64,000 bases of DNA. It comes from Octopus vulgaris (Eukaryota). Of the stretch, positions 12,129 to 26,827 are shown in pieces (positions within the stretch are counted from its first letter, which is position 1; every line of letters starts with the position of its first letter). The position numbers and the translations under genes are program-made. Location: positions 36,208,001-36,272,000 of the forward strand of contig OX597835.1 in assembly GCA_951406725.2 (NCBI GenBank). The letters are read 5' to 3'. The notes under the pieces are model-generated. The model was given only the letters and a program-made list of their open reading frames with translations, had not been told where the DNA came from and did no database searches.

Positions 12129-12198
12129 GCAGACAGGCAGGCAGACAAACAGGCAGGCAGGCAGACAGACAGACAGACACACAGACAGACAGACAGAC

Positions 12199-12290
<92 letters not shown>
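12033..12290. repeat. (GATA)n/(GACA)n compound microsatellite
   Basis: Direct observation. Confidence 0.95.
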
Positions 12291-12291
<1 letters not shown>

Positions 12292-13019
12292 TTGATACTA
12301 GCAGGAAAATTGTGATGGCAGAAGTAAGCTTTAAAATATTGCAGCTTCATTTGGAATGTGTATTTATTTTAAAATATACGCCATATTGTTTAAATTCAAA
12401 TTCTAACTTCAGCTGTATCATTTCTAATGAACCACTTTTTTTGTCCCGTACTTTTCAGTGGTTAATTAATTAAGAATATTTTCACTAATACGCTCGCTTT
12501 TCTCTTGCTCATCCACTCTTCTTACCGGCAACGCTTTTTACAACTGAAAAGGGCAAAAACTGAAAAAGTTAAACAGTTGGATGTGTTTTCTCAAAAGTTT
12601 AAACTATAGTAAAAAAAAAAAAAATTATATATTATCAGAATGTAAATTATATAAAATTATATATTGGGTAACTTGAGAGGAAGAAGAAAAATAACACTAC
12701 AGAAGCAGTGCATGAATTAAATGACGCCTGTCTCATTTCGTCTGCTCGTTCAACAGGTATCCACACATAGAGGTAGTTTTACTCCGATGGTCGAAGGAGG
12801 ATTGACTTTAAAAAATCTGGAAAGAATCATTTTCCAGAGATTTAGCTGATTTTTTTAAGCCTCTCCAGCAATCCCACTGAAGCCACCTGATTTCGTCAGT
12901 TTAAATATTTTTTTTAATATAATAGTAGTATATGGTTCGGTGTAATGCATTTTGTGTTTTGTTTCAGAAGGTCTTTAATTATGTGTATATCTATCGTGTA
13001 GATATACAGAATTCATATA

Positions 13020-13187
13020 GGAGCACTCCGTCGGTTACGACGGACACAAAGTGTGACAAGGCTAGCCCTTTGAAATACAGGTATTACTCACTTTTGCCGG
13101 CTGAGTGGACTGGAGCAACGTGAAATAGAGTGTCTTGCTCAAGGACACAACGCGTCGCCTCCTAACCACTAAGCCACGCGCCTTCAC
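13020..13187 (-). mobile_element. tRNA-headed CORE-like SINE family C, internally deleted
   Basis: gagcactccgtcggttacgacg...gactggagcaacgtgaaatagagtgtcttgctcaaggacacaacgcgtcgcc...taaccactaagcca is shared with 46010-46294. Confidence 0.75.
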
Positions 13188-14074
13188 CGAATTCATATAA
13201 TATAGATCCATATAATACACTTTATATATCTTTTCCTGTATTTTGATAGACGTCGTACCACATGTGTTTGGTATTACATAGTTATTATATTTAGTCTATT
13301 AGTTAGAATAGCTACTGTTATTATCTTTTTCTTTTATTTTTGTATCTATTTATTCCCTGGAATTTTTTATCCTCTGATTCGTTTGAAAAAGAGAATATAA
13401 AAGCTCCTCTTGCGCATCGATATGGATATTCGCTGACTTCATATGAATATATGCATTTATTTGTGTCTTATAGAATTGACGTATCTGTTGTTCTCTATCA
13501 GAATGTTAGTCTAAGAAGAGAGATATACTTACATGGCTCAATATATTGAATGTTAGTGCTGCATTGTTTCCCAGTCTACTGTATTTTCCCAATGTCTTCC
13601 AGTTTCTTTAATACGATGGGTTTACCTTCCACATATTTGATGCATATCTTATCTTTATGTTTTTGTACCATATTTGTTGTCACATACAAAGTTGCGAACG
13701 TGGGCGCTAAGAAGGGCCCATGGCCATTCCACCATTTTTATATAATTTTCTTTGCCTAGTGAACAGAGGATGTATAGTTATATTGAACACTGCACTAATC
13801 AGTATGGTTGATGATATGGTGGGTGGTTACATTCTTAGGTGATTTTGTTTTAAATCAAACTTGTCTCGATCATTAAGAGTGTGGAAAACGAGTTATCTTC
13901 ATCTAAGGTTGAGTTATACTGAGAATTATGTTGAGGCTACACATATTCGTGGAATACTCGAACACACACGTTACATTTGGTTGAACAGCTAAATATGCTC
14001 ATCGTCGAAAGCGATGAATGATCACTCATAAATGCATTGTATAGAAACTTGTTCCACTGTCTGTATCAAAGCAT

Positions 14075-14520
14075 GCCTGAGTAGTTAAGAATATCGCTTT
14101 GCAGTCCTATATTTTCGGGTTCAATCCCACTGTGCGACACCCGGTCGAGTGTCTTCTGCTGTAACCTTGGATTGATTAATGCCTTCTGAATAAATTTGGT
14201 GGACGGAAACTGCGTGTAAAGCTGTCACATGTGTGTGTGTATGTGTGTGTGAGTGAGTGTGTGTATGCACTTGTGCGTGTACGAGTGTTTGTGCGCGTCT
14301 GTCTCTCCCTCTGACTCCCGCCACCACTTGATAACCGGTACTGGTTCATTTATGTCTCTGTAAGACAGCAATTCGTCAAAAGAGAGACGATAGAATAAGT
14401 ACGAGTCTTTAAAAACTAAAATTAGTACAAGGGATCGATTTGTTCCACTAAAAAAAATCTCTTCAAGACAGTGACCCAGCATGGCCGCAGTCCAATGACC
14501 GAAACAAGCAAAATATAAAG
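14075..14520 (+). mobile_element. tRNA-derived SINE family A
   Basis: B-box-like gggttcaatccc, central (TG)n, tail cccagcatggccgcagtccaatgaccgaaacaag. Confidence 0.8.
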
Positions 14521-15424
14521 ACCACACTACCACCTTCTAAAATTTCTTTCTCTACATTCCTTCTTTCTCTCTTTCTTTCATTTCTTCTTTCTATTTTTCA
14601 TTCCGTTCTTGTACTTACTTTCACTTTCTCTTTTCTTATTTCTTCCTGTCCTGCGTCTTTTCTTTCCACTTTACAGTCTTCGAGTTTATTTTGCACTCTT
14701 TCCATATCCTTTCTTTTCTTCTCTCTTTCTTCACTTCTTCCTATCCTCTTTTCATTCTAAGCCTCTATCATTCTTGTTCACACTCCCTCTATCTGTCTCT
14801 TTTTCGTTCTTCTCCCTCAGTTCGTTCTCCCTCTCGCCTTTAGTGTCTCCCTTGCTTCTCTGCCTTTTTTATCATCACCTAAAACTCTTGCTTTTCATCT
14901 TTCTCTCCCTTTCTCTCACCCTCATTTCCTCTCTCTATCATTCCCATCTTCCTTTGCTCTTTTGTTTTTCGGTTTTGGCTGTCTCGTTCTTCTCTCTCTC
15001 TCTCTCTCTCTCTCACTCTCTCTCTCACTCACTCTCTCCTTCTCTCTCTCACTCACTCCTTCTCTCCCTCTCTCCCTCCCCTCTCTCTCTCTCTCTCTCT
15101 CTCCCTCTCTTTATCTTTCAATTTCTTTTATTCTCTCTTTTTCTCATTCCCCTTACTTCTGGTTTGCTCTACTATTTTGTAATAAAACGTTCGTTCATAT
15201 ACATGCGTGTGTGTGTATATATATATAGATATATATATATGTATGCATTTATGTATGCATGTGCATATATGTACACACACACACAATACACACCACGCAC
15301 ACACACACATATATAAATACATTTACATATACACAATACATCTACTTTCTGTTTCTCTCTTCCTCGCTTTCTCTCCCTCTCGCTCTTTATATATATATAT
15401 ATATATACACACACACTCACATGC

Positions 15425-15455
<31 letters not shown>

Positions 15456-15530
15456 TGTACGTATATATATATTTATATATATATATATATATATATACAT
15501 ATATATGTATATATATATATATATATGTAC

Positions 15531-15596
<66 letters not shown>

Positions 15597-16644
15597 TGAT
15601 GTGTGTGTTCATATAACACTGCAAACTTTGTTTCTATTCGTTCGATTGCAGAGAAGAAGGAAGAAGAAAGTAAAACATGGAATCAAGATACAGACTTAAA
15701 AGACTTTTCTCGATTTACGAAATCTTCATTCAAGAAATCTGAAATTTCTATTGCATTCTCTGAGAATTTATTTTATGTTTTAAACTATTTAAAAGATACC
15801 TAACAAACAATTGTTTCAAGACATTTTTGATGGAGAAAGAGGGGAACGGATAACGAGAGTGGAACCGAATGTGTGGCGGAAAGACTGCGAGATTCTTTGG
15901 CGGGGCTTTTTTATTATTTTCATATATTTAAATATTTTTTGTTGTTTTATTGTTGCTTGTTGTTTTTAATGTAGTTTCTCGTCGTTACCTGAATGTTTTT
16001 CTTCTTTTTTTTTGTTCTGCTTCGTTAGAAAATTTTAAATATCTTTTTTATACAAGAGAATTTTTCTTTTTACAGCTATGAATCTTTTTAAAATTTCAAC
16101 TTTGTCCTCGTCAAGCCTCGAAGCTTTCTAGATAGAAACAAAATGCCAAACCTTTGTATATTTATATTTTCTGCTATCATTAACGAGAACGTTTTAGAGT
16201 AAGGAAGAAGAAGAATTGCAAAATGTTCACAAGACAGAAAAAGGAGAAAATAATAAAATGTAATATGAATTTTTTTTTATTTAATTTCTTTCAAAAAAAT
16301 CTAAAAAAAAGTAAAAGTTAACTTCATAAATGAATATATGAACAAATTATCAAAAGAGCAGAGAGAGAGAGAGGGAGGGAGAGATGATTACTATTTAATA
16401 GCTATAGAACACAACGCCGATGGTCATGTCTTTGATGATGATAATGATGACAGCGATGACGATGAGGATCAGCAGCAGCAGCAAGAGGAGGAGGAGCAGG
16501 GGATGCAGGAGGAAGAGAAGGAGGAAGATGACAACGGTGAAGTCGACGACGATGATGACGCTTATGATGATGATGATGATGATGATGATGTTAGTGATTT
16601 TCAGTGAAGAAAGAGGTGATATTTTACTTTCGTGTGGGTAGGTA

Positions 16645-16707
<63 letters not shown>

Positions 16708-16717
16708 CAATAATAAC

Positions 16718-16794
<77 letters not shown>

Positions 16795-17191
16795 TAATGA
16801 TAACAATAAAAATAATTCTTACTGCTACTACTACTACTACTAATACTACTACTACTACAACTACTACTACTATACTTGGTTGAAATATAATTTGAAGTGC
16901 AATAAGAATTATTGCGGGGAAATATGCTACGTTGCTACAGATGGTAATGATTATGGCGATGGTGGTGATGATGATAATGATGATGAACAACAAAAACAAC
17001 TACAACAAAGGAGCAGCAATAGTACGAATAAACAATAATTGCAAATAAATAAATAAATAAATAAAAATGAGCGAGAGCTTCAGAAAAAGAAGGATGAGTT
17101 TCTAGAGGGAGAAGGGAGATGGCGATGATGATCATGATCAAGATGATCATGATGATGTTCATGATCAAAGTGGTAATAATAATAATAATAA

Positions 17192-17222
<31 letters not shown>

Positions 17223-17317
17223 GAAGAGGAGAAGAAGAAGAAGAAGAAGAAGAATGGTAATAATAATAGTAATACTAATACTAATAATAATAATAATAAC
17301 ATCAATAATAATAGTCA

Positions 17318-17372
<55 letters not shown>

Positions 17373-17416
17373 TAATAATATCAATAATAGTAATAATAAT
17401 AATAATAATAATAATG

Positions 17417-17478
<62 letters not shown>

Positions 17479-17479
17479 C

Positions 17480-17544
<65 letters not shown>

Positions 17545-17551
17545 CATAATC

Positions 17552-17607
<56 letters not shown>

Positions 17608-17614
17608 CATAATC

Positions 17615-17668
<54 letters not shown>

Positions 17669-17670
17669 TT
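16645..17670. repeat. (AAT)n-dominated compound trinucleotide tract
   Basis: Direct observation. Confidence 0.9.
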
Positions 17671-18436
17671 GCCAAGACAATTCAACGAAAATAGGTAAAG
17701 AAAGCTGCTGCATTGATAACGACAACTACGACAACAACAACAACAACAACAACTACAACAGCAACAAAAGCAGTAATAACACATCACCACCCATAATGTT
17801 ATCTTTTTTAGCTTTTGAAACGAGATATTTATTTAATGAATAAGGAAAAAAAATGGCTGAAGGAATAAAAGTTCCGGTGATGTGCATGCTTCCTTAGAAA
17901 GGGCAAAATTATGCGTTTCGTGGAATAGCAGGAACGAATTGAAGTTTTAACATTATGCCGATTGCTGTTAGAATGCTTTTCGTATTGACCTTTTCAACAA
18001 ATTTGATTTTCTATTCTGATTTTTTCTCCTTTTTTCTGAACGATTGCAACTATAAAATATGAACGAAAATTTTATTATAGTTCAGCGACGATGTTTTTGT
18101 CTTTTTTTTCAAAAAAAAAAAGAACGTCGAAATTTTTATTAATAGCGAAAATGTACAAAATTGAAATCAAGTCAAACAAAAATTATATTAGGAGAATGAA
18201 ATAAAATAAATTAAATAGATTAAATATATATATATATATATATAATGGGGAATTTTCACAAGAAAAATTATATCGGTAGTTGAATTTAGTTATGAGTTTA
18301 TTAGTAAAAAGAAATGAATATGGAAAATGGAATGGATAGAAGAGATGGAAGGGACGGAGAGAATAGATTGACAAAGTGGGAGGCGTAAATAGAGAAGATA
18401 CATGTGCGCATGCGTATGTATGCATGGCTATATACG

Positions 18437-18467
<31 letters not shown>

Positions 18468-18513
18468 ATACACTAGATAAATAGATAAAAGGATAGATAT
18501 GGGCATATACATT

Positions 18514-18544
<31 letters not shown>

Positions 18545-18556
18545 GTGTGTATATAT

Positions 18557-18604
<48 letters not shown>

Positions 18605-19189
18605 ATGCATGTATGTATATATAAATGTGTGTTTATATGTGTATATGTGCGTATACATATATATATATAAATGTGTATATATATATATATATATATATAC
18701 TCGTGCATACATACATACACAGGCGCACTTTCACAGATATATGTCAATGTATATATGTGTATGTATGCGTAGAAAGACCATGCATTTTCCCATCTGTGTG
18801 GGTATTGTATGTGTGTATGTGTATGTGTGTGTAAATGTATGTGTGGACGCTCGTGTGTGTGAGTTTACGAATAACTTAAAGAAATGAGGAGCGAAAAAGA
18901 TGTAGATGAAGACAAAATACCGAAAAACAAGAAAAGAAAATTAACAGAAATTAAAATGTTGAGAAGAGAATCAAATGATTGTGAAAGAAAATTTAGAACT
19001 TGACTGAAATTGGAAAAAGAAAGATGGCGATGCATTTAGATTAGTTTGGAAATGGACGAGAGAATAGTCGAGAGAAACAAGCATAGTGTGTGAGACAGGG
19101 GGAGCGGGGATCATGTACATGTATAAGAAAAAAAAAGAAACAAATTACTTTGTTTTCGGTTTGAAAAAGATGGAATATGTGCGTAATGT

Positions 19190-19241
<52 letters not shown>

Positions 19242-19277
19242 CCAAGAAAAAAGTCCTGAATCTTAATTGTTTTGCTG

Positions 19278-19423
<146 letters not shown>

Positions 19424-19868
19424 ACCAAGAAAAAGTCCTGAATCTTAATTGTTTTGCTGAAATTATATATATATATATATAAATTATATATATATATATA
19501 TAGGTGTATGAATGTATGCATGTATGTATACATATATTTATATATCATATGTATATATATGTATATCATATATATATACACATCATATGTATATATATAT
19601 TTGTGTGTGTGTTTATATGTTTACATATACGTGTATGCATTAGTGTGTATATATGAGTTCTTGTACGCATGCGTTTGAGTGTGTTGTGTGTTTGCTTATA
19701 TGGGTATACAACTATATATTAATATACAATTATATATACAATATAGTAAGTGCATACAGATATACGTATATACATGTACACATTCTGACGCGCACACACA
19801 CACACACACATGCACCAACATTCACACACGCGCATATAAATCAACGTACACTTTCATTTTCTTCTCTC

Positions 19869-19909
<41 letters not shown>

Positions 19910-20613
19910 ATGTCAAAGGTGAAATGCAACGGTATCTCAAACACTGTTGAAATGTAGAACAGTGGTGACGTCACTGTGTTAATGTCATTAATAACGACGA
20001 CGATGATGATGATGATGATGATGACGATGATGATGAAGAGGAGGATGATGACAACGATAATATGATGATGGGAAAGAAGAGGAGGAGGTTGACGGCGATG
20101 ATGATGATGACGATGATGAAAGATGATAAGTGAAGGAAAACAAGAATATGAAGAAGAAAGAAAGAAAGAAAGAAAGAAAAAAAGAAAGAAAGGAAGGAAG
20201 AAGGAAAGAAAGAATATGAAGAAGACTGAAAACGAAATCCAATAAGAAGAAAGACAGAGGAGGGTGGGGTGAGAAGCAGCATGAAAACGACAAAAGGACA
20301 ATAGACGAAAGAAAAAGACGAAAATCTACTTGAACTAAGTAGAACCAATCTAGTGCCAGTAATTGTTTACAATGTAAACTTTAAAAGTTTCAAATTCTGT
20401 TTCGATTCCTCAATAAAACAACCTTTTACTTTGAAGCTTCAAACTTTCACGTTTCGCTCCACCTTCTCATCGGTTGCCGCCATTATCTTTAACACTTTTG
20501 ATAGTCGCCATTTTGACTTTTGTAACAACGCTCACTATTATCGTTTCCTATTAACGTTCTTTTATATTTCTCTCTCATTTTCACTCTCTTTCTATCTCGC
20601 TGTGTGTGTGTAT

Positions 20614-20649
<36 letters not shown>

Positions 20650-21307
20650 GTGTGTGAAAGAGGGGGTACGTAGTCACTCTTTTCTCTCTTCTGCAATTTT
20701 ATTAACACCAATAAAAGTAAGAAGAAAAATGTTTAAAAAAAAACGAACGATAAAGAAACTGTCGAAGATAAATGAATGTTTTGAAATATTTATAACACCA
20801 ACAACATGAACAACAACAACAACAATAATAATGACTATTATTGTTACTGTTATTATTACTATAATAAAAACAAAATGATAAACATATGCAAAAAACAAGA
20901 AACACGTATATATATTACTCTGTGTGTATGTGTGCGTGTATGTGTGTGCATATATATACACGCATATTCATACACTTATAATAACACGTGACCGGATTCT
21001 TTTGTTTGTATGTAAGGTTGTATACGTGTGTAGAATGGAGGTATGTAGTATGTGGAGAGGTGGAGGTAGAGGATGTAGAAATGGATAGTTTTTATATTTA
21101 ATTATTGAACTTCAATATAAAAATCATTATTCATACTTTTTCGTTGAAAACCCCTTCTTTTGGATATTTCCTCAAGAGGTTGTTTTATTCGCATTCTATT
21201 GGAAAGCGAGTTCAAAACCTCAGCAATATTTGTTTGGAAGGGAGGTATGACAGTCAAAACAATGTTTTTATTTTTTTATAGAATAAATAATAACAGCAAC
21301 AACAAGA

Positions 21308-21411
<104 letters not shown>

Positions 21412-22305
21412 CTAGAAGTAATTTTTCTATGAAACTAAATTTAAAGCAGCGATTTTTAAATGTTTAAATTAAACTTTTTAAAATATTTGTAAAGCCTTTT
21501 TCTTTCGTTCTTTCGTTTTTCTTCTATTTTCTTCTCCTCCTCCTCCACCCATATCGTTTTTTTCTTTCTGTCACTTTTCTTCTTCCTCTTCCATTTTGAA
21601 GGAATCTTTAGATTTTCGCAATTTCAAAAGCCAACGGTATGGTATTTTCCTAAAAGAATTCAATATCTGCAGAACCTTCTGTTTTTCTTCAACCTTTTTT
21701 TTGTCATATTTCTTTGTGTTGTATATGTCTGTGTGTATGTCTGCATGTGTGAATGTATGTATGTATGTATGTATGTATGTATGTATGTATGTATGTATGT
21801 ATGTATGTATGTATGTATGTATGTATGTATGTATGTATGTATGTATGTATGTATGTATGTATGTATGTATGTATGTATGTATGTATGTATGTGTTCCGAC
21901 ATTTTCTTAAGCCATTGCTTGTCATTATCTAACACCCAGAACACAATGATACACCGGAACGGCTAAGTGAATCAAGATGCAAAGATCTAACCCTGTACAT
22001 CACGAGTTCGCACGCTGCATAGATAGCTTGTTTAAATGCCTTGTTTATTTTTCGTTAGCCTCAGATGAACCTTCATCAAGCAAACCAAATCTCTAACCTA
22101 ATGGATTCCTAAAACACCATCTCAAACTCCTATGGCTATACACAGCTATATTAACTAATAGCTCTTTTGTCGAGCTTTAAAACTTAATTAAATGAAATAC
22201 AGATATTTGTAAATTTGTGGAAATTATTGTGGATTATCAGAAATTCGAGAACATCAGTATCTGGAACGTTAGCAGTTTTCCTGTCTGTTTATCTCACTCA
22301 CTCTG

Positions 22306-22381
<76 letters not shown>

Positions 22382-22404
22382 CCTCTCTCTCTCTCTCACT
22401 CTGC

Positions 22405-22467
<63 letters not shown>

Positions 22468-22472
22468 CATAC

Positions 22473-22525
<53 letters not shown>

Positions 22526-22557
22526 TATATATATACATACATACATACACATACACA

Positions 22558-22872
22558 CGTGGATGCGTAATGGCCCAGTAGTTAGGGCAGCGGACTTGCG
22601 GTCGTAGGATCGCGGTTTCGATTCCCAGACCGGGCGTTGTGAGTGTTTATTGAGCGAACGCATCTAAAGCTCCACGAGGCTCCGGCAGGGGGTCGTGGCG
22701 ATCCCTGCTGTACTCTTTTACCACCTCTTTCTCTCACCCTTTCTGCTGTTGGCCTGCTCGCTTAGCCAGCGGGGTGGCGTCATTTGAAGGCTAAAGCAAT
22801 GCGAACCGCATTGTGACCAGCGATGTGGAGCAACATCTGATAGCCTGGTCGGTGTCGGTCACGGTGATCACA

Positions 22873-22877
<5 letters not shown>
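22558..22877 (+). mobile_element. tRNA-derived SINE, distinct family
   Basis: Head tggcccagtagttagggcagcggacttgcggtcgtaggatcgcggtttcgattccc has A- and B-box-like motifs, followed by a GC-rich body ending at (TA)n. Confidence 0.75.
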
Positions 22878-22929
<52 letters not shown>

Positions 22930-22979
22930 GCGTGTATATATATATATATATATATATATGCGTCGTCTGCGCTTGTGTA

Positions 22980-23285
22980 TGTGAGGATGCACGGCCTAGT
23001 GGTTACGGTGTTGCAATCACAACCCGGAGATGGTAGTTTCAATTCCTAGCCTGAATGATGCGTTGTGTTCATTGAGCAAAACATTTTCATTTCCCGATAA
23101 TTGCTCTGCGATCAGATCGACACCTGATGCGTGGTGAACCGTGCTCCTGTTCGGGGAACATCGATATTTGATGGGGGGCGTCAGCTCATGTAGAGTAAAC
23201 TCATTTGACCGCAGATCATTTGTGCAGATCGTCCGGCCTAATATTGTACGCTCATACGTCGTCTTCGACGGTACAGTCCATCACG
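22980..23285 (+). mobile_element. tRNA-headed CORE-like SINE, degenerate
   Basis: ggcctagtggttacggtg...gtttcaattcc...gcgttgtgttcattgagcaaaacattttcatttc. Confidence 0.65.
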
Positions 23286-23431
23286 TATGTGTGTGTACAA
23301 CATCGATTTTCTCTAACCTTTGGTGCCAAAGCCTTTTCGGACTACTGACTTTTCCGAACCAGGTGTGGTCACCACGGTGAACACACTCTAAATTTTAAAA
23401 ATCTCAAATTTACTTAATAATTTACTTAAAT

Positions 23432-23607
23432 ATATTTCTTTACTGCCAACAAAGGGCTAAACACAGAGGGGGCAAACAAGAACAGACAAAGGGATTAAGT
23501 CGATTACATCGACCCCAGTGCGTAACTGGTACTTAATTTATCGACCCCGAAATGAGGAAAGGCAAAGTCGACCTCGTTGGAAATTGAACTCGGAACGTAA
23601 CGACAGA
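23432..23607 (-). mobile_element. SINE family B unit
   Basis: gggctaaacacagagggggcaaacaag...cgaccccagtgcgtaactggtacttaatttatcgaccccga matches 54380-54790. Confidence 0.8.
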
Positions 23608-24078
23608 CGCAGGAGTGACTGTGTGGTAAGTATCTTGCTTACCAACCACATGGCTCCGGGTTATTTCCCACTGCGTGGCACCTTGGGCAAGTGTCTTTTA
23701 CTATAGCCTCGGGTCGACCAAAACCTTGTGAGTGGATTTGGTAGACGGAAACTGAAAGAAAGCCCTTCGTATATATGTATATGTATGTATATACATATTT
23801 CTGTGGTATGTGTATGTATGTATGTATGTATGTATGTATGTATGTATGTATGTATGTATGTATGTATGTATGTATGTGTGTCAGTGTTTGTCTCCCCAAC
23901 ATCGCTTGACAACCGATGCTGGTGTGTTTACGTTCCCGTAACTTAGCGGTTCTGCAAAAGAAACCGATAGAATAAGTACTAGGCTTACGAAGTATAAGTC
24001 CTGAGGTCGATTTGCTCGACTAAAGGCGGTGCTCCAGCATGGCCGCAGTCAAATGATTGAAACAAGTAAAAGAGTAAA
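23608..24078 (+). mobile_element. Full-length tRNA-derived SINE family A
   Basis: Head gcaggagtgactgtgtggtaag..., ccttgggcaagtgtct, internal (TATG)n and tail ggcggtgctccagcatggccgcagtcaaatgattgaaacaag; many copies in the window. Confidence 0.85.
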
Positions 24079-25002
24079 GTGTATAGGGAAATATCTGAAT
24101 GGCCACGGCTGGAGTGTCTTTCATTTCAGGCCTGTACGATCAGAGTAGACCAAGGGTTAAATTACTTTATAAGTAAAAACAATGACTACGACGACCACAG
24201 AAACAGCAATAACAAACAATATCAACTATACCATCACAAACAACAACTTCGGTAAGGACATCAAAACGTCATTGATTGGGTATCTGATGTGTCACTCGAT
24301 TTGTTAGAAATAGTAGTCTAATCTCCCTCTAGTTATACACCCTGTTTTTTATTTTCTGAGTGAGGCTTAATGGAGACTATGGATAACGTATTGTATAATG
24401 AACTATCCCTGTTACAATTTCTTCAGTTTTTCTCCTTCGAAATGAAAAGTTGAATAAGGATAGATTTCAACTCAGAGTGCTAAAAGCTTGAATGAAAGCA
24501 GGAAGTTGTTCTATCCAGCACTGTAGCAACTCCACCATTTTGTCGTCTGCTTTCCTTGTAATCTTTTCTCTTATAAGCACAAGGCATATATTCCAACTAT
24601 TCCTGTTAAAAAAGGCAATATATTTATGCCTGAAATATTTTTGGCCCTAGATTATCTTGATCTGCGTTGACCTGAGGCTAACCAACAACAACAACAACTG
24701 CAACGACAACTATCCTACACTCACCTATTAACAATAACCACACAACAGAAGATACAAGTAATCTGTGAAGCAGTGGTCCTGAAACAATTTTCCTCTGACA
24801 TTTAAATAAATCATTCCATGCTTAAAATAGCGTTCTTTTAACTCTTTTGGTTGACGAAAACTAATTTCAAAACTATTTTAGAAATGTTACTGTTTCCACC
24901 ATTTTAATAAGCACGAATTGTAAAATTAAACATAAAAAAGAAAACAGTATCGAAACAGAGTCACTCTCTTTATTATACTATTTTATTATTATTATGATAA
25001 TT

Positions 25003-25200
25003 GAAGGCAGTGAGGTGGTAGAATCATTAACGAGGATGACAAAAATACATAGCGGTTACTCTTCCGGCTCTTTACATTCTAAGATCAAATTCCGCCAAGA
25101 ACGACCTTAATTTGGGTGTTCAATAAGGTAAAATACCAGGATCGATGTAACCAACTAGACCCTTCTAAAATTTCAGGCTTTTTCAGTAGTAGAAGGGATT
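25003..25200 (+). mobile_element. SINE family B, degenerate
   Basis: ggcagtgaggtggtagaatcattaacg...tcaaattccgccaag...aataccagg...tcgatgtaa. Confidence 0.55.
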
Positions 25201-25599
25201 TGTACGAAACAAGTGAGAGAGAGAGAGAGGGAACGGTGAAGGGGAGAGGAGAAGAATAGGGAAAGGGTGGGAGAGAAAAACAGAAAGGAAGACGAACAGG
25301 AGAGAGAAATCTCTCTCATTCTTCCTCATTGACTCTCTCGTTACTCACACGAGACCAACGGCTATCCATCTTCGTTTCTTACACTTCCTTCCTAAAGACA
25401 AGACGTGCTTTTGCCTGTCTCTTCTCAAAGCTCGTTTTTTCAGCGTTCACCATTACACATTGCCTTGGCTTTACAACCCTACCGCTTGCTTTTACTGTTT
25501 TGTTCTTATTGTCCTGTTTTTGTTACCACTATAACCCTCCGCAAATTTTATTTAATTTGCTTTGCGGGGAGGACTGTTTTAACGAAGTCACGTCTTGTC

Positions 25600-25795
25600 C
25601 TTACCTTCGGAACGCGGAGTAGATAACACAGGGGCCAACTGATGAGGGGAATGTTTTTTATGTTGCCTGTCTCGTTTCTCTATTTGTTTTTGTTTTTTTC
25701 GTTGTTCGAAAAAAGTTCGTTTTCTATGTTTTTGTTTGTTATGTTCTCGTTTCTCATTTTGTTGACGTTTTTTCTATGTCCTGTACCCATATATG
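25600..25795 (+). mobile_element. Repeat 3' terminus, Penelope-like, with a CTGATGA motif
   Basis: caactgatgaggggaatgttttttatgttgcctgt...gtcctgtaccc matches the reverse complement of 31945-32052 and ends in a TA-rich tract. Confidence 0.5.
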
Positions 25796-25904
25796 CATTT
25801 ATATATACATATATATGTAGGTATGTACATATATGTATGAATATATGCATATATTTATATATTATTTATATTATTATGATTGAACGCCAAGCATCCATTT
25901 TCGA

Positions 25905-25939
<35 letters not shown>

Positions 25940-25973
25940 TAAATAAATGGAGTTGAACGCGCGTGTGATTTTA

Positions 25974-26060
25974 CTCTCGACATATGTTTCGAAGACAACG
26001 TTGGTTTTATTCCAAAGGAATAAACGGTGGAAAATAATGTAATCTTCTCATAAGGAAAGA
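25974..26060 (-). ncRNA. Degenerate minimal hammerhead motif
   Basis: Minus strand reads CTTATGA-GAAGA...TCTTC-GAAAC-ATAT-GTC; core G5 is mutated. Confidence 0.55.
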
Positions 26061-26110
26061 AAGAGAACCTATCTCAGTAAAGGATAATTCATTCATCCAT
26101 TTATATATAT

Positions 26111-26189
<79 letters not shown>

Positions 26190-26764
26190 CACACACACTA
26201 GTAAATGCAGCCGTCATTTGGACGGTGTAATTATCATAATGGTGCACTCCTGTGGACGGTTTAAGTTGAATTAGCCCGCAGTCAGAAGTTTCAAGTTGAT
26301 AAGCGTAAAATGAATAATTTCCATTTTCGTTAGAAGATTATGATATGGTATTAAAAAGCTTAGGTAATGAATAATTTTTTTTTTAATACAAATTTGGCAG
26401 TCAATAGTGAACGGAATTCTATGAAATGAGATCGCAGCTGCAGTGTAGGCAATAGAGATTCTGTATCGTGTACTTATTATTCATGTAATAGCTGACACAA
26501 CCGCATTGAAGCTTTTTTTTTTTCAATGATAGTCATGTATGATAAAGAAAAAGCAAACATTTATAGCAAACAGGACACCTGATGAAGGCTTGAGAGTGAA
26601 TCAACGAAAACGTTGTGGTAACCACAAACAAGATAAGGACACATATCCGCCCAATATAAATAATGTAAATAATTTTTTTTACTGCTCTTTATTATTACGA
26701 CTTTCTGTTGAACGGTTGCGTGAAACTCTAACAGTTTGTGAAAGGTTTTTTCAGCTTTGATAAA

Positions 26765-26827
<63 letters not shown>

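Noticed and set aside
22558-22635. tRNA gene
   Set aside because: A- and B-box-like head continues into a SINE body and I could not form a clean cloverleaf; the same applies to the other SINE heads.
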